DNA of 64,000 bases from an uncultured virus (IMG/VR IMGVR_UViG_3300011969_000080). Taxonomy: Duplodnaviria > Heunggongvirae > Uroviricota > Caudoviricetes. The notes beneath the pieces are model-generated. The model was not told the origin of the DNA and did no database searches. It saw only the letters and a list, made by a program, of their open reading frames with translations. How positions within the stretch are numbered: position 1 is the first letter of the stretch; each line of letters opens with the position of its first letter. The translations under genes were made by a program, and so were the position numbers. The stretch lies in IMG/VR virus record IMGVR_UViG_3300011969_000080; one strand, given 5' to 3'. Positions 18,648 through 28,847 of the stretch are shown one piece after another.

Positions 18648-19346
18648 ATGAGCACGCGGAGCATCATCGCAGTGCGCGACGAAACCGGCGAGGGCTGGCG
18701 CGGAAGGTACTGCCACAGCGACGGCGCACCCCACCACAACGGCGTGGAGCTGCTCACCATCGTGCAGCGCGACGGGTTTGACGCCGCCGTCAAGCAGCTC
18801 ACTGTGGACCGCCGCAGGTGGAACAGCCTGGACGCCGGCATGCCCGCCGGCACAATCCTGGCTAGCTGCACTGACGACGGGTGCTTCGTGCTCGTGCCCG
18901 GGTACGGCACCGCGCACACCAGCCCAGCGGACTGGACCACCGAGACCCGCGGGGCGGCTGACGCGGAGTGGGTGTACGGCCTTGACCGATCCGGCGTCAC
19001 GGTGCTGCGCGTCGTCGAGCGCACGTGGGTAGAGGTCGGGCACGTCCCGTTCGGCGCCAGCTACGGGCTGGAGGCCATGCGCGGCATCGAGGGCCGGGTG
19101 GGTTGGCTCATCCGCGCACACACCTTCTGGGCGATCAACGCGAAAGACGCACTAGGCGGGATGCCGCCGCTGAGCCCGTCAGCCGATCAGCTTGCCACCA
19201 CAATCGGACGGCTCCACCACTACGGGAAAGCCCGGAGGCCCGCAGCCGTCCAGGTCCTGCTGGCGCTTGTCAGGGACCACGGCTGCACCCTGGCAGCCGA
19301 CGACATTGACGCCGTGGTCAGCCAGCTCGACCCGGCGCGTGGGTAG
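18648..19346 (+). CDS. Phage-type conserved hypothetical protein, tandem paralog 1
   Basis: MSTRSIIA..YCHSDG..G motif; paralog at 19472. Confidence 0.8.
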   Translation: MSTRSIIAVRDETGEGWRGRYCHSDGAPHHNGVELLTIVQRDGFDAAVKQLTVDRRRWNSLDAGMPAGTILASCTDDGCFVLVPGYGTAHTSPADWTTETRGAADAEWVYGLDRSGVTVLRVVERTWVEVGHVPFGASYGLEAMRGIEGRVGWLIRAHTFWAINAKDALGGMPPLSPSADQLATTIGRLHHYGKARRPAAVQVLLALVRDHGCTLAADDIDAVVSQLDPARG

Positions 19347-19471
19347 CCGCGTGGGCGCCTGCAGAGAACGCCGCCAGCCAATCCCGCTGCGCCCCCTTGC
19401 GGGCGGGGACGCCGCCGCGACAGTGGTAAGTGTTGGGGAGCACCTGCCCCCAGAAGAGGAGAGCTGAGACC

Positions 19472-20182
19472 GTGGGCACCAACAGCGTGATCGCAGTCCA
19501 GGACGCCACCGGCGACGGCTGGCGTGGGCGGTACTGCCACAGCAATGGGGAGCCGCACTACACCGGTGTGCAGCTGCTCACCATCTTGCGCCGCGATGGG
19601 TTCGACACCGCCGTCAAGCAGCTCACCGTGGACCGCCGCGCGTGGAGCTACCTGGCCGCTGGCCGGCCTGAGGGGGCGAGCGCGGCGCGCGGGTACGACA
19701 ACGACGAGGACTTTGTGTCCGTTCCTGGGTACGGCACGGAAAACGTAAGTGACCCGGGCGAGGACGACTGGATCACGGACACGGGGCACGCCCACGGTAC
19801 GGACTGGGCTTACGTGCTCGACCGCCAAGGCATCGGCGTGCTGTCCCGGTGGGCCGCGGGCGAGGCCGCCGGGTGGACGGGGGTCGGTTACATCAGGATC
19901 GCCGACGACGACGGGGAGAGTGCCATGGGGGACGTCGGGTGGAGGCTGGACCGAATCACCAGCGCACACGCCGCCCGGGCGACCGGGCTCTCCTGGCGGA
20001 GCCGGCGCATATCGGCCGAACAGCTCACCGCAACGCTGGGCCGGCTCCACTACTACGAGAAGGCTGGGCGCCACACAGCCGTCCAGATCCTGCTGACGCT
20101 CGTCAGGGACCACGGCTGCACCCTGGCAGCCGACGACATCGACGCCGTGGTCGGTGAGCTCGACCCCGTAGTGGGAAACTGA
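19472..20182 (+). CDS. Phage-type conserved hypothetical protein, tandem paralog 2
   Basis: GTNSVIA..YCHSNG; C-terminus LVRDHGCTLAADDIDAVV identical to paralog 1. Confidence 0.8.
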   Translation: MGTNSVIAVQDATGDGWRGRYCHSNGEPHYTGVQLLTILRRDGFDTAVKQLTVDRRAWSYLAAGRPEGASAARGYDNDEDFVSVPGYGTENVSDPGEDDWITDTGHAHGTDWAYVLDRQGIGVLSRWAAGEAAGWTGVGYIRIADDDGESAMGDVGWRLDRITSAHAARATGLSWRSRRISAEQLTATLGRLHYYEKAGRHTAVQILLTLVRDHGCTLAADDIDAVVGELDPVVGN

Positions 20183-20516
20183 CCGGCCGCTGTTCGCATA
20201 CCGCGGCCCGGGACTGCGGGGGAGTGCCACACCAGCCGCCGTGGGTGGGCACAAACAGAAGCAAACGCAGGCTACCGTACTGAACGGGGCGCAAGCGTGC
20301 CAGAAACAGCACGACCGTGCCAGCCGTGGCACACGGGCAGTGGCGCGGCCCGCCGGGTGGGCCCTAGCCTGCACCATCCCCGGCCATGGCCCCCACGGCA
20401 CAAGATGTTGTGCCCAGCCACGCCCGTAGGCACAGGATGTTGTGGTTGGCCACACCGCGCCCCGTGCTCCCCAACATTGTGCGTACGAAACTATGGGCCC
20501 CAGCTGGGGCCCATAG

Positions 20517-21356
20517 TCAGCGGGATGGTGCCGCGGCGATTGCCGTGGCTACGTCGACCAGCTCGTCGGGTGTGCCGGGGAAGCCACGCACCAGCATCTT
20601 CGCCACCTGCCAGGCAGGCTCGGGCAGGCCGGACACCGCAAGCATGCGTACCGCAGCCGCTAGGTCGGGCAGATGCACCGCCAGCTGCCGTTGTTCGACG
20701 GCAAACAGCTCAGCCGGGGTTGCCTCGTCGCACTGTACGCTGCGGGTGGCCCAAAGGGTGGACTGGTTGGCACAGAGAAGGGCGCGCACCCTGCGCGCCA
20801 TGGGGGTGTCGCCCCACCCAGACACCCAGAGGTCCGGCACACCACACGCCGCCTCGTACGCTCCGGCGCCCGCGATCATCGAACTGGTGGGGTGCGCCAC
20901 CCGCCGGGCGAGTCGGGCGTGCCGCCAGTTGTGCAGTCGCCACGCGAGCTTCTCGCCAGCGCTGCGGTAGGCCTGACTGTCAAGCTCCAGCTGGGCGTAG
21001 GATGGGTGCGCCCGCCGCCACATGTGAAGGCGCATCGCCTGCGTGCTCAGGGGCGCGCCCTCCGGCACCGACAGCCACAGGCGGCGGTCCGGGACGTCCC
21101 ATGGGAGGGTGCCCGCGCTGTCGGCCGGCACCAGCCGCAGGGTGACACCCTCGATGGGCGGGGTGAGTCGAAGCCCATACACGTCGGCGTCACAGGACGG
21201 CGAGTGTTCCAGCACCAGGCCAAATCCACCCACCCGCGTGATCTCGGTCCCTACGAACGGCTCGAGCAGCGCCCCCGCAGCGCGGCGTGCAGCAAGCGCG
21301 CCCCCACGGGTTGCGGGCACAACCCGCAGTTCCGGCGGAAGGTCAGCGATGTTCAT
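20517..21356 (-). CDS. C-terminal module family protein
   Basis: MLAVSGLPEPAWQVAKMLVRGFPGTPDELVDVATAIAA. Confidence 0.75.
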   Translation of the reverse strand: MNIADLPPELRVVPATRGGALAARRAAGALLEPFVGTEITRVGGFGLVLEHSPSCDADVYGLRLTPPIEGVTLRLVPADSAGTLPWDVPDRRLWLSVPEGAPLSTQAMRLHMWRRAHPSYAQLELDSQAYRSAGEKLAWRLHNWRHARLARRVAHPTSSMIAGAGAYEAACGVPDLWVSGWGDTPMARRVRALLCANQSTLWATRSVQCDEATPAELFAVEQRQLAVHLPDLAAAVRMLAVSGLPEPAWQVAKMLVRGFPGTPDELVDVATAIAAAPSR

Positions 21357-22021
21357 GGACTCAACCGCTGTTCCGTAGCGGGGCGAGCAGGCGTGGACGT
21401 GGCCGCAAGGACCACCGCGACCAGCTCGTCGGGTGTGCCAGGGAAGTCGGGCACCAACGCCCGAGCCACCTGGTGGGCGGCCTCATCCAGGTCGGACACC
21501 ACCAGCATGCGAACCGCAGCCGCTAGGTCGGACCGCCACCGTTCCAGCTGCCCTTGTTTGAAGGCGAGATGCTCGGCCGGTGCGATGCTCGGGTCGCGCC
21601 CACCACGGGTGGCGGCCCCAGCGGTGGCCTGGTGCGTGCATAGGAGGGCACGTAGCCTGCGCTCGGCGGGGGTAGTGCCCCACGTGGCCGCCCAGATGCG
21701 GGACGCCACGGACGCTGCGTCATCTGGCGGGGGCGGGTAGGGCTGTTGGCTGGACCACGGGAAGTCCCCAACGACTCCTGCGCCCCCACTCACGCGTGCG
21801 CCTTCGCCGGGCGAGGCCAGCCGCAGCCCGTACGTGTCTTTCCAGGGCACTGGGTGATCCAGGGTTAGCCCCACCCCGAACCCGCCAACCCAGACGACAC
21901 AGACGACCCCGGTCCCCACTAGGGGCTCAAGCAGCGCCCCCACGGCGGCCCGCGCAGCGAGCACGTCATCGAGGGTTGCGGGCACAACCTGTAGCGCGGG
22001 TGGAAGGTCAGTGACGTCCAT
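21353..22021 (-). CDS. C-terminal module family protein
   Basis: GTTPAERRLRALL; LVPDFPGTPDELVAVVLAA. Confidence 0.75.
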   Translation of the reverse strand: MDVTDLPPALQVVPATLDDVLAARAAVGALLEPLVGTGVVCVVWVGGFGVGLTLDHPVPWKDTYGLRLASPGEGARVSGGAGVVGDFPWSSQQPYPPPPDDAASVASRIWAATWGTTPAERRLRALLCTHQATAGAATRGGRDPSIAPAEHLAFKQGQLERWRSDLAAAVRMLVVSDLDEAAHQVARALVPDFPGTPDELVAVVLAATSTPARPATEQRLSP

Positions 22022-22026
22022 GGCCT

Positions 22027-22740
22027 CTACCGTTGTTCCATACGTGCGGGGCGTGCGGGGGCAGCTGCGACAGCGAGGGCCATCCCGACGAGCTCTGCGT
22101 GTGTGCCGGGGAACCGTGTGTGCGCGGACGCCACCCAGGCCACCTGCCACGCAGCGTCGGGCAGGTCACTGATGTCCAGCAGGCTCAGCCGGCCAGCCAG
22201 GTCGTCAAGCTCATCAGGCGCATCCCCGCCATTGCGCCCGAGGGACTGGGCCAGCAAGGCAGTGAGCCGTGGAGGGGTGCAGGGACCGCGCAGCTCGCGC
22301 CACGTGTGCCAGTCCCCGGTTGGCAGCGTCGGCATCTCTTCAAAAGAGATGCCGAAACCCAGGCATGCAAAGTAGTCGCAGGCCTGCTGCAGCGCGATCA
22401 GGCGCCGCTCAGCGGTGTTGCGGCCCCCGCTGCTCCGCCAGTCCTCGGTGTGGTGGTCCCGGCTATCCGGCAGGTCCGCCGACCTGGCCGGCAACCGCAG
22501 GACCCCACGCCACCCGGTAGCGCGCGGCCAGGTACCGAGCTCCACAGCCCGGAAGTGGCAGTCGCAGGGGGAGTAGCGCGCACAGCCACGTTCCAGTGCG
22601 ATCCCGCGGCCACCCCCGAGGTCAACCACGGTCCCCAGCAATGGGGCGACCAGCTCGGTCAGCGCTTGCTCGACCGCGAGCAGACCCTCGTACGTACGAG
22701 GGCACTGCTGCAGCGCCGGCGGAAGGGCGGGAACGGTCAT
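22027..22740 (-). CDS. C-terminal module family protein
   Basis: GRNTAERRLIAL; LPDAAWQVA..FPGTHAELVGMALAV. Confidence 0.75.
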   Translation of the reverse strand: MTVPALPPALQQCPRTYEGLLAVEQALTELVAPLLGTVVDLGGGRGIALERGCARYSPCDCHFRAVELGTWPRATGWRGVLRLPARSADLPDSRDHHTEDWRSSGGRNTAERRLIALQQACDYFACLGFGISFEEMPTLPTGDWHTWRELRGPCTPPRLTALLAQSLGRNGGDAPDELDDLAGRLSLLDISDLPDAAWQVAWVASAHTRFPGTHAELVGMALAVAAAPARPARMEQR

Positions 22741-22783
22741 GCCCATCACCCTTACGGCGAACGCCGCAAACGCAAGGTGGCGG

Positions 22784-23053
22784 TCACGCCACGGGGGGCA
22801 GCACAGGCGGGGGTGTGCCCTGTGCGCGCCTGGCCCGGCCCAGGGCGTGCAGGCCCCGCAGCGTGCCCAGCGGACTGGAAACCACGTCCTCAAAGATGCG
22901 CTCGAACTCAGGTGAGCCCGCAATCGCCGCCGACAGAGCGCGCACCGCCTCGGCGTCCTCAGTCTGCCCTTTCTCCTGGGCAATGTCCGCCAGCTCGGCG
23001 AGGTTGTGGTGCAGGCGGCCAATCACGGGGCGGGACGGTTTGCGGCCAAACAT
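22784..23053 (-). CDS. Hypothetical protein
   Basis: ATG after AGAAAGG; helical 89 aa. Confidence 0.55.
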   Translation of the reverse strand: MFGRKPSRPVIGRLHHNLAELADIAQEKGQTEDAEAVRALSAAIAGSPEFERIFEDVVSSPLGTLRGLHALGRARRAQGTPPPVLPPVA

Positions 23054-23130
23054 GGGGAGAACCTTTCTGAGGGGGCGGCTGGTCCGCACCTCTCATGGGA
23101 GCACCGTGGGCGCCGCCGGCCGCACGCCCA

Positions 23131-23255
23131 CCGTAGGGGTACATTTTGGAACGCGACCCCAGCCCGTAGGGGTACATTTTGGAACGTGCCAGCCACCGGG
23201 ACCCCGACCGGCGGGCCAGCCAAGTGTAACGCGGGATGTAACGGGAAATGTAACG
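23131..23255. repeat. Intergenic direct repeats
   Basis: CCGTAGGGGTACATTTTGGAACG at 23131 and 23164; TGTAACG at 23225, 23237, 23249. Confidence 0.85.
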
Positions 23256-23387
23256 CGCGTCACATTTGAGCCGCGGCGGCCACCCGGCGGCACTACCCAG
23301 TCAGGGCCGGGTACCCACGCCGGGGGTACGTTTTACCGCAAGGGTTGAGGTAGTTGGTATACATCCCGCCGCAGGGACCCGCGGACG

Positions 23388-23546
23388 TCAGCAGGAAGGG
23401 GGCGCAGCGATCGCCTGGGCCACGTCAACCAGCTCGTCGTCGGTGCCAGGGAAGGTCGGAAGCAGCGTGATGACCACCCGCACCACGGGCGCCGGCAGAA
23501 GCATGACCCCCTTCACCCAGGCTCTCGAGGCGACCCTGTCCGGGCG
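23388..23546 (-). pseudogene. 3' fragment of a C-terminal module family gene truncated by IS-B
   Basis: LLPTFPGTDDELVDVAQAIAAPPSC* abuts the IS-B TIR. Confidence 0.75.
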
Positions 23547-24924
23547 CCCCCCCTTACGGAATAGGTGAGATGAGTTCCGCGTTCTGGTCTTGACGGCTGA
23601 TTGGGAGACCATGAACGAAATGCCGCAGTGTCCACGTGGTTGCGCGTCGGCGAAGGTTGTCCGCGACGGTGTTCAGCGGCACCCCGGTGGACGTGCCCGC
23701 CAGCGCTATCGCTGCGTCGCCCCGGACGGGTCCTTTCACCGCTTCGTTGGCGAGGGCGAGCTGAGCCACACACGCGGCCATGGCTCGTGTGACGAGTGCT
23801 ACCGGCCCCTGGCGGCGGACGGCGGGCCGGTCGCTCCCAAGTTCGGCAAGTACCTCGTCAAGGAGGTCGCGGGCGCGCTGTGGGCACTGGCAGACGGCGC
23901 CTCCTACACCGACGCCGCGGCCCGGGTCCGCAGACAGGCCTGGGGTGACGACGGCGCGAAGAAACGCGCTGCCACCACCATCGCGTCCGGCCAGAGCGTT
24001 GCGGAGTGGCTGTCGCGCTATGGCGCTGTGGTGACGGCGCCGCACGCGGAGACGCAGTGGCCACAGACCATCGTCGTGGACAGCACCAGGTTCATGCACA
24101 ACGACTCGCGCGGGGGCGGGACCAACCAGCTGTTCTGCGTCCTTGCGGCCTGGGGCTACCCCGCCGGGCCGGACACGCCGCGTCTGTGGCGTCTGCGCGC
24201 CTACCCCTTGCAGGATGCCCCCACCTGGGCGAACTTCCTTGCCGAGCTTCCCGGCCGGCCCGACCTGGTAGTGGTGGACCGCGACTACGGCGCCATCGGT
24301 GGCGTCCAGAAGCACTGGGGCACCGGGAAGTCGGCCGTGCCCATCCACCTATGTGAGCACCACCTGTACGCCAGAGGCAAAGCGGCTCTGAAGAAGGACA
24401 AGCACACCACCTACAAGCACCCGTTACAGGTCGCGCTCGCTTCTGCGCTGGCCACACCGGCCGGCTGGGACACCTTCTACCAGCTCGCGCTCGGAGCCGG
24501 TGGCGAGACCGCCAAGTGGGCACGCCACTGGAACAAGCGGATGCGCGTCCAGACCCGGCGGCGCTCGTCCATGCCCGCCCACTACGCCAACGGCGCCGTC
24601 GAGGCGCCCATCAAGGAGGTCAAGCGCGTCCTCGCGTCGCGCAGCTGGACGTTCCGCAACGCCCAGCGGATGAACGCACTGCTGGAGCTGGTGCGGGTGC
24701 GCTACAACGGCACCGCCAGCGAGGCCCAGTTCGCCACCACGCTGCGCACCACGCTGTCCAGCGGAGTCCGCCCGACAGACCTCGTCGCCGCGGACGCCCG
24801 GCTACCTGGCGTGCGTGTCTCCAGCTCAAGCCTCAGGGCCTGGATGCCCAAGCAAGCCGCCCGCCATAAGCCCCGCTACCGGGCTCGAGCGAAAGCCGCC
24901 ATCTCACCTATTCCGTAAGGGGGG
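23547..24924 (+). mobile_element. IS-B, about 1378 bp, same family as IS-A
   Basis: TIR CCCCCCTTACGGAATAGGTGAGATG at 23548-23572 and 24900-24924. Confidence 0.95.
23590..24918 (+). CDS. DDE transposase of IS-B (true start likely 23611 or 23620)
   Basis: Zn ribbon CPRGC..RQRYRC, VVDST, VVDRD, CEHH, NGAVEAPI; stop lies inside the right TIR. Confidence 0.9.
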   Translation: MTADWETMNEMPQCPRGCASAKVVRDGVQRHPGGRARQRYRCVAPDGSFHRFVGEGELSHTRGHGSCDECYRPLAADGGPVAPKFGKYLVKEVAGALWALADGASYTDAAARVRRQAWGDDGAKKRAATTIASGQSVAEWLSRYGAVVTAPHAETQWPQTIVVDSTRFMHNDSRGGGTNQLFCVLAAWGYPAGPDTPRLWRLRAYPLQDAPTWANFLAELPGRPDLVVVDRDYGAIGGVQKHWGTGKSAVPIHLCEHHLYARGKAALKKDKHTTYKHPLQVALASALATPAGWDTFYQLALGAGGETAKWARHWNKRMRVQTRRRSSMPAHYANGAVEAPIKEVKRVLASRSWTFRNAQRMNALLELVRVRYNGTASEAQFATTLRTTLSSGVRPTDLVAADARLPGVRVSSSSLRAWMPKQAARHKPRYRARAKAAISPIP

Positions 24925-25209
24925 CACTGTGGTGTGTACCGCGAAACACGGCGGAAGGTTTCCCCCGCGCCCACCCCGGAGTTGGTCCGGCTGTGCGATG
25001 TCCGCCCCGATGGGCCTACACGGGACCGTGACCACTACCGAACGAGCCGGGAGGCACCAGATGTAGCACCACCGCGCGACACTGGGAACACCGCACCGCC
25101 CACCCTGGGCGGGGCGGTGCTCTGCTGCCCGCTTGCGTTGTTGCCCAGGGCGCGCACAGTGCCTGCGTGAGAGGCCCGGATCCGCCGCGCCATCGGAAAG
25201 GCCCCCACC

Positions 25210-25689
25210 GTGCTCCCCACCCGCAGCGCCAAGGCGCTCGTTACCACCGCCGTGGCCTCCGCCGTGGCCGCCGCCATCGTGGTCGGGCTGGCCGCGTGCT
25301 CCACCCCCGCCGCGCGTGTGACCGCGCCGGCTCCCAAGGCCCCGCGCGTCACGGCATCCGTGCCCGCCACCCCCAACGCCACCCGCCCGACGTACTGCAG
25401 CCCCCTGGCCGAGCTGGCTGCACGGGTCAACCCCGAGTTCACGGCGGGTGGCGGGAGCACCGCTGACCAGGACCAGGCGCAGTACGTGGCCCTGCTCCGG
25501 CAGGTTGCCAAGTCCGCCGCCGCAGACGGCCGCAAAGACGTGGCCACGCTGTTCACCACGCTAGCTGCCAGCCTCCTCACCCCGCCGCCCACCACTGAGC
25601 AGATCAACCAGGTCGCCGCTCTCAGTGAGTCGGCGCTGAACACCGAGGATGCGGACTGCGGGATGACCGAGATGCCCTGGGGGGAGTGA
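25210..25689 (+). CDS. Lipoprotein, cassette 1
   Basis: Lipobox LAAC; TYC.PLA..AAADGRKDVA..DC domain. Confidence 0.8.
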   Translation: MLPTRSAKALVTTAVASAVAAAIVVGLAACSTPAARVTAPAPKAPRVTASVPATPNATRPTYCSPLAELAARVNPEFTAGGGSTADQDQAQYVALLRQVAKSAAADGRKDVATLFTTLAASLLTPPPTTEQINQVAALSESALNTEDADCGMTEMPWGE

Positions 25690-25842
25690 GGCTGGCGCGG
25701 CCCCGGGCTCACCAAACGCCGCCCCGCCGTGATCGCGGGGCGGTGTTTTCCTGCCGCCGCCGGGGCTGCACCCGGGCATTTGGCGCCCACAGTGTCTGCG
25801 TGAGAGGCCCGGATCCGCCGCGCCGCCAGAAAGGCCCCCATC

Positions 25843-26844
25843 ATGTTCCGCACCCGCAGCGTCAAAGCGCTCGTCACCATCGCCGCTGCCGGCGCCCTCG
25901 TTGGCGGGCTGGCCGCGTGTGCCACCCCAGCCGCGCCCGCGGTCAAGGCCCCGCGCGTCACGGCGTCCGCGCCGACCTACGCCGCCCACCCGACATACTG
26001 CGCGCCGCTGGCGGTGGCCCAGAAGATGGAGCAGCCGGTGTGGGCGACGACCGCCAAGAAGACCCCCGCCCTGGACAAGTCCGCCGGGCTGCTCGAGCAG
26101 GTCGCCAAAGCTGCCGCAGCCGATGGTCGCAAGGACGTCGCCGAGCTGTTCAGCACGGTCGCTGCCGGCTTCCGCCAGGGCCTGCCCACGCAGGCCCAGT
26201 CCGAGAAGGTCATCGCACTCAGCGAGAAGGCCAACCCGGTCATGGTGAAGGACTGCGGTGCCGCAGCCGTCGCCGATCCGAACGCGCCGCCGGCCGGTAC
26301 GCCGGCCTACTGTGCGCTGAAGGCCGCGGCTGACGCCGCCGAGATGGCACATCAGCAGCAGGAGTCGTTGGATGTTGTTAGTCCCACAGACGTGAAGTTC
26401 GCCGCCGCCGCAAAGGCCCTTGCCGCCGCCTCGACGGCTAGCGGTCGAGGCGACGTGGCCGCGATGTACACCGCGCTGGCGAAGCAGGCCCTGACCGCCG
26501 CGGAGCCGACGGACGCCCAGGTCACCGCACTCATGGACCTCACACTCAAGGGGTCGTCAACCCTGGACAGCGCGTGTGCGCCGCCCGCGGGCGGGCAGCT
26601 GGCGGTGAACCTGGACGCCGTCAGGAACGTGGCGCAGGCGTTCGATGTCGCGGCCGCCATGGACGAGCTCAGCGACGGCGCGCTTGTTTCCGGGGTCTTC
26701 AGGGTTGGCCCCGCCGCGGTCATCGTGCCGGCAGGCACCACAGCAGTCGGCGGCGTCGTCACCATCGCCGGAAGGGCGCTCTGCACTGTGACCAAGCCCG
26801 CCCCCACCGACGCGTCGACAACCTTCGTCGACACCGGCTGCTGA
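25843..26844 (+). CDS. Lipoprotein with a duplicated domain, cassette 2
   Basis: Lipobox LAAC; two YC..GR.DVA..C repeats. Confidence 0.8.
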   Translation: MFRTRSVKALVTIAAAGALVGGLAACATPAAPAVKAPRVTASAPTYAAHPTYCAPLAVAQKMEQPVWATTAKKTPALDKSAGLLEQVAKAAAADGRKDVAELFSTVAAGFRQGLPTQAQSEKVIALSEKANPVMVKDCGAAAVADPNAPPAGTPAYCALKAAADAAEMAHQQQESLDVVSPTDVKFAAAAKALAAASTASGRGDVAAMYTALAKQALTAAEPTDAQVTALMDLTLKGSSTLDSACAPPAGGQLAVNLDAVRNVAQAFDVAAAMDELSDGALVSGVFRVGPAAVIVPAGTTAVGGVVTIAGRALCTVTKPAPTDASTTFVDTGC

Positions 26845-26993
26845 GCAACAGGGCACCGTCGAGCACCGCCCCGCCTCAGCGCGGGGCGGTGTTTCGCTGT
26901 GCCGTGCTGGGCACTACTTGTCTTCTAGTCACCAGCGCCCACGGTCACCTAGCGAGAGGCCCGGATCCTCCGCGCCGGCAGAAAGGCCCCATC

Positions 26994-27410
26994 ATGTTCC
27001 GCACCCGCAGCGCCAAGGCGCTCGTTACCCTTGCCGTTGCCGGCGCCCTTGTCGGCGTCTCGGCCGCGTGCTCAACCCCCACCGTGCCCCCGCCGGCCGC
27101 CCTGACGTACTGCGCGCCCCTGGCCAAGCTGATTGCCCTGGGCCCGGTCGACCACCGGGTGGGCAAGACGCTCACCGCTGACCAGACGCGGTACGCCAAC
27201 CAGGCGATGCTGGTTGTCCAGGCCGCGAGTGCCGACGGGCGCGAGGACGTCGCCGCCCGGTTCAGCCTCGTCAACATGTGGCTCCGGGTCCCCGCCGACT
27301 CGGCCGTCACGTGGGGTTCGCAGGCGGCCGCAGAAGCAACCCTCGTCACGGGGATCGCGTCGACCACCCGCGCGGACTGTTCGCTGGCCGAGACGGCTGT
27401 GGGGCACTGA
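26994..27410 (+). CDS. Lipoprotein, cassette 3
   Basis: MFRTRSAKALV..SAAC; TYCAPLA..ADGREDVA. Confidence 0.8.
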   Translation: MFRTRSAKALVTLAVAGALVGVSAACSTPTVPPPAALTYCAPLAKLIALGPVDHRVGKTLTADQTRYANQAMLVVQAASADGREDVAARFSLVNMWLRVPADSAVTWGSQAAAEATLVTGIASTTRADCSLAETAVGH

Positions 27411-27523
27411 GGCGGCTGCGCCCCGCGCTCCGCAAAGATGCCGCTTGTCCGCGGGCCGGTGGCACCCACGGTGTCTGCGTGAGAGGCCCGGATCCGCCGC
27501 GCCGACAGGAAGGTCCCCCCATC

Positions 27524-28288
27524 ATGTTCCGCGCCGCCCAAGAGAACCCCGGCCGGGTTGCCGCAGCCGCTGCCGCTGTCGTCGCCGTTGCCGTTGCCCT
27601 CGCCCTCGCCCTGAACGCGTGCTCGGCCCCCGCCGCGCCCGCCCCGGCCCCCAAAGCCCCCCTCGCCACGGCGCCAGTCGCCACGACTCCAGTCATCACG
27701 ACGCCCGCCGCCCTCTGCGACACCCCGCCGAAGGCCCCGACCGACAAGCGGGCACGCACCCTGCCCGACAAGAGTACCGCCGCGGGCAAGACTTTCGTCG
27801 CGACCATTACCACGAACTGTGGGGTCATCACGGTGGAGCTCTACGGGGCCAAGGCGCCCCAGACTGTGGCGTCCTTCCTCAGTCTGGCCAAGAGTGGCTA
27901 CTGGGCCAGCAGCCCGTGCCACCGCCTGACCACCTCGGGGATCTTCGTCCTGCAGTGCGGAGACCCCACAGGCACCGGTAGCGGCAACCCCGGCTACAAC
28001 TTTGGGGTTGAGAACGCGCCAGCCAGCGCCACTTACGCCCCCGGGACCCTCGCTATGGCGCGGACCACCAAAGCCACCAGCAATGGCGGCCAGTTCTTCA
28101 TTGTCTACAAGCAGACCGTGCTGAGGGACGCGATCGGCTACTCAGTCTTTGGCAGGGTCACGTCTGGGATGGGCATCGTCGACAAGATCGCCGCAGCCGG
28201 AGCCACCCCGCCTGACGCCGGCGGCAACACCGCACCGGTGCAGCCCGTCAGCATCCTCTCGGTGGTTGTCACCGAAAAGAAGGCCTGA
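27524..28288 (+). CDS. Cyclophilin-type peptidyl-prolyl isomerase lipoprotein, cassette 4
   Basis: LNAC lipobox; APQTVASF..CHRL..FVLQCGDPTGTGSG..GTLAMAR..SNGGQFFIVY..YSVFGRV. Confidence 0.92.
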   Translation: MFRAAQENPGRVAAAAAAVVAVAVALALALNACSAPAAPAPAPKAPLATAPVATTPVITTPAALCDTPPKAPTDKRARTLPDKSTAAGKTFVATITTNCGVITVELYGAKAPQTVASFLSLAKSGYWASSPCHRLTTSGIFVLQCGDPTGTGSGNPGYNFGVENAPASATYAPGTLAMARTTKATSNGGQFFIVYKQTVLRDAIGYSVFGRVTSGMGIVDKIAAAGATPPDAGGNTAPVQPVSILSVVVTEKKA

Positions 28289-28330
28289 CAGGGACTGGCG
28301 GTCGCTGCTGACGCGGCCCTAGATCTCGTG

Positions 28331-28367
28331 AAGCACCGCCCCACCTTGATCGTGGGGCGGTGTTTTT
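28331..28367 (+). terminator. Intrinsic terminator-like hairpin (related copies near 25093, 25714, 26861)
   Basis: CACCGCCCCAC-loop-GTGGGGCGGTG followed by TTTTT. Confidence 0.75.
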
Positions 28368-28410
28368 GCGCCTCAATGCAGTACCGCCGCACCCCGGCAC
28401 AGTAGCCGCC

Positions 28411-28779
28411 GTGACCCCTCTTGGTGCATGCCCGCAGCCTCCTGTGCCACCCCCTGTCGTGGCGCTGCTCGCGGTGGGCCCGCCCGCCACGGTCCTGACG
28501 CTGCTCGCCCTGGACGGGGCACACATGCTGACCACGCTGCCGCTATCGGTTTGGCTGCTCGGCGCCGCGCTGCTGTGGTTCCCTCACCCGTTGTCCCTAA
28601 CCGCAGTCTTGACGGACGCCCACCGGGACGCGATCCTGCCAGGCTGGACAGGACTGGCCCGTATCCCCCGCGCCGCCCTGCTGCTGCCCGCCATGCTGGC
28701 GCCCGGGCACCCCGCTGCGGCGGCGACGGCTGCGAACCTGGCCGGGCTGCTCGCGGCGCTGTTCCTGCTGGTTGCGTAA
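28411..28779 (+). CDS. Membrane protein
   Basis: GTG 7 nt after CACAGT; hydrophobic. Confidence 0.55.
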   Translation: MTPLGACPQPPVPPPVVALLAVGPPATVLTLLALDGAHMLTTLPLSVWLLGAALLWFPHPLSLTAVLTDAHRDAILPGWTGLARIPRAALLLPAMLAPGHPAAAATAANLAGLLAALFLLVA

Positions 28780-28847
28780 GGGTGGCAGGCGCCCACAGTG
28801 ACTGTCGAGGGCACGGACCTGCCGGGCCTCAGAAAGGTTCCACCGCC

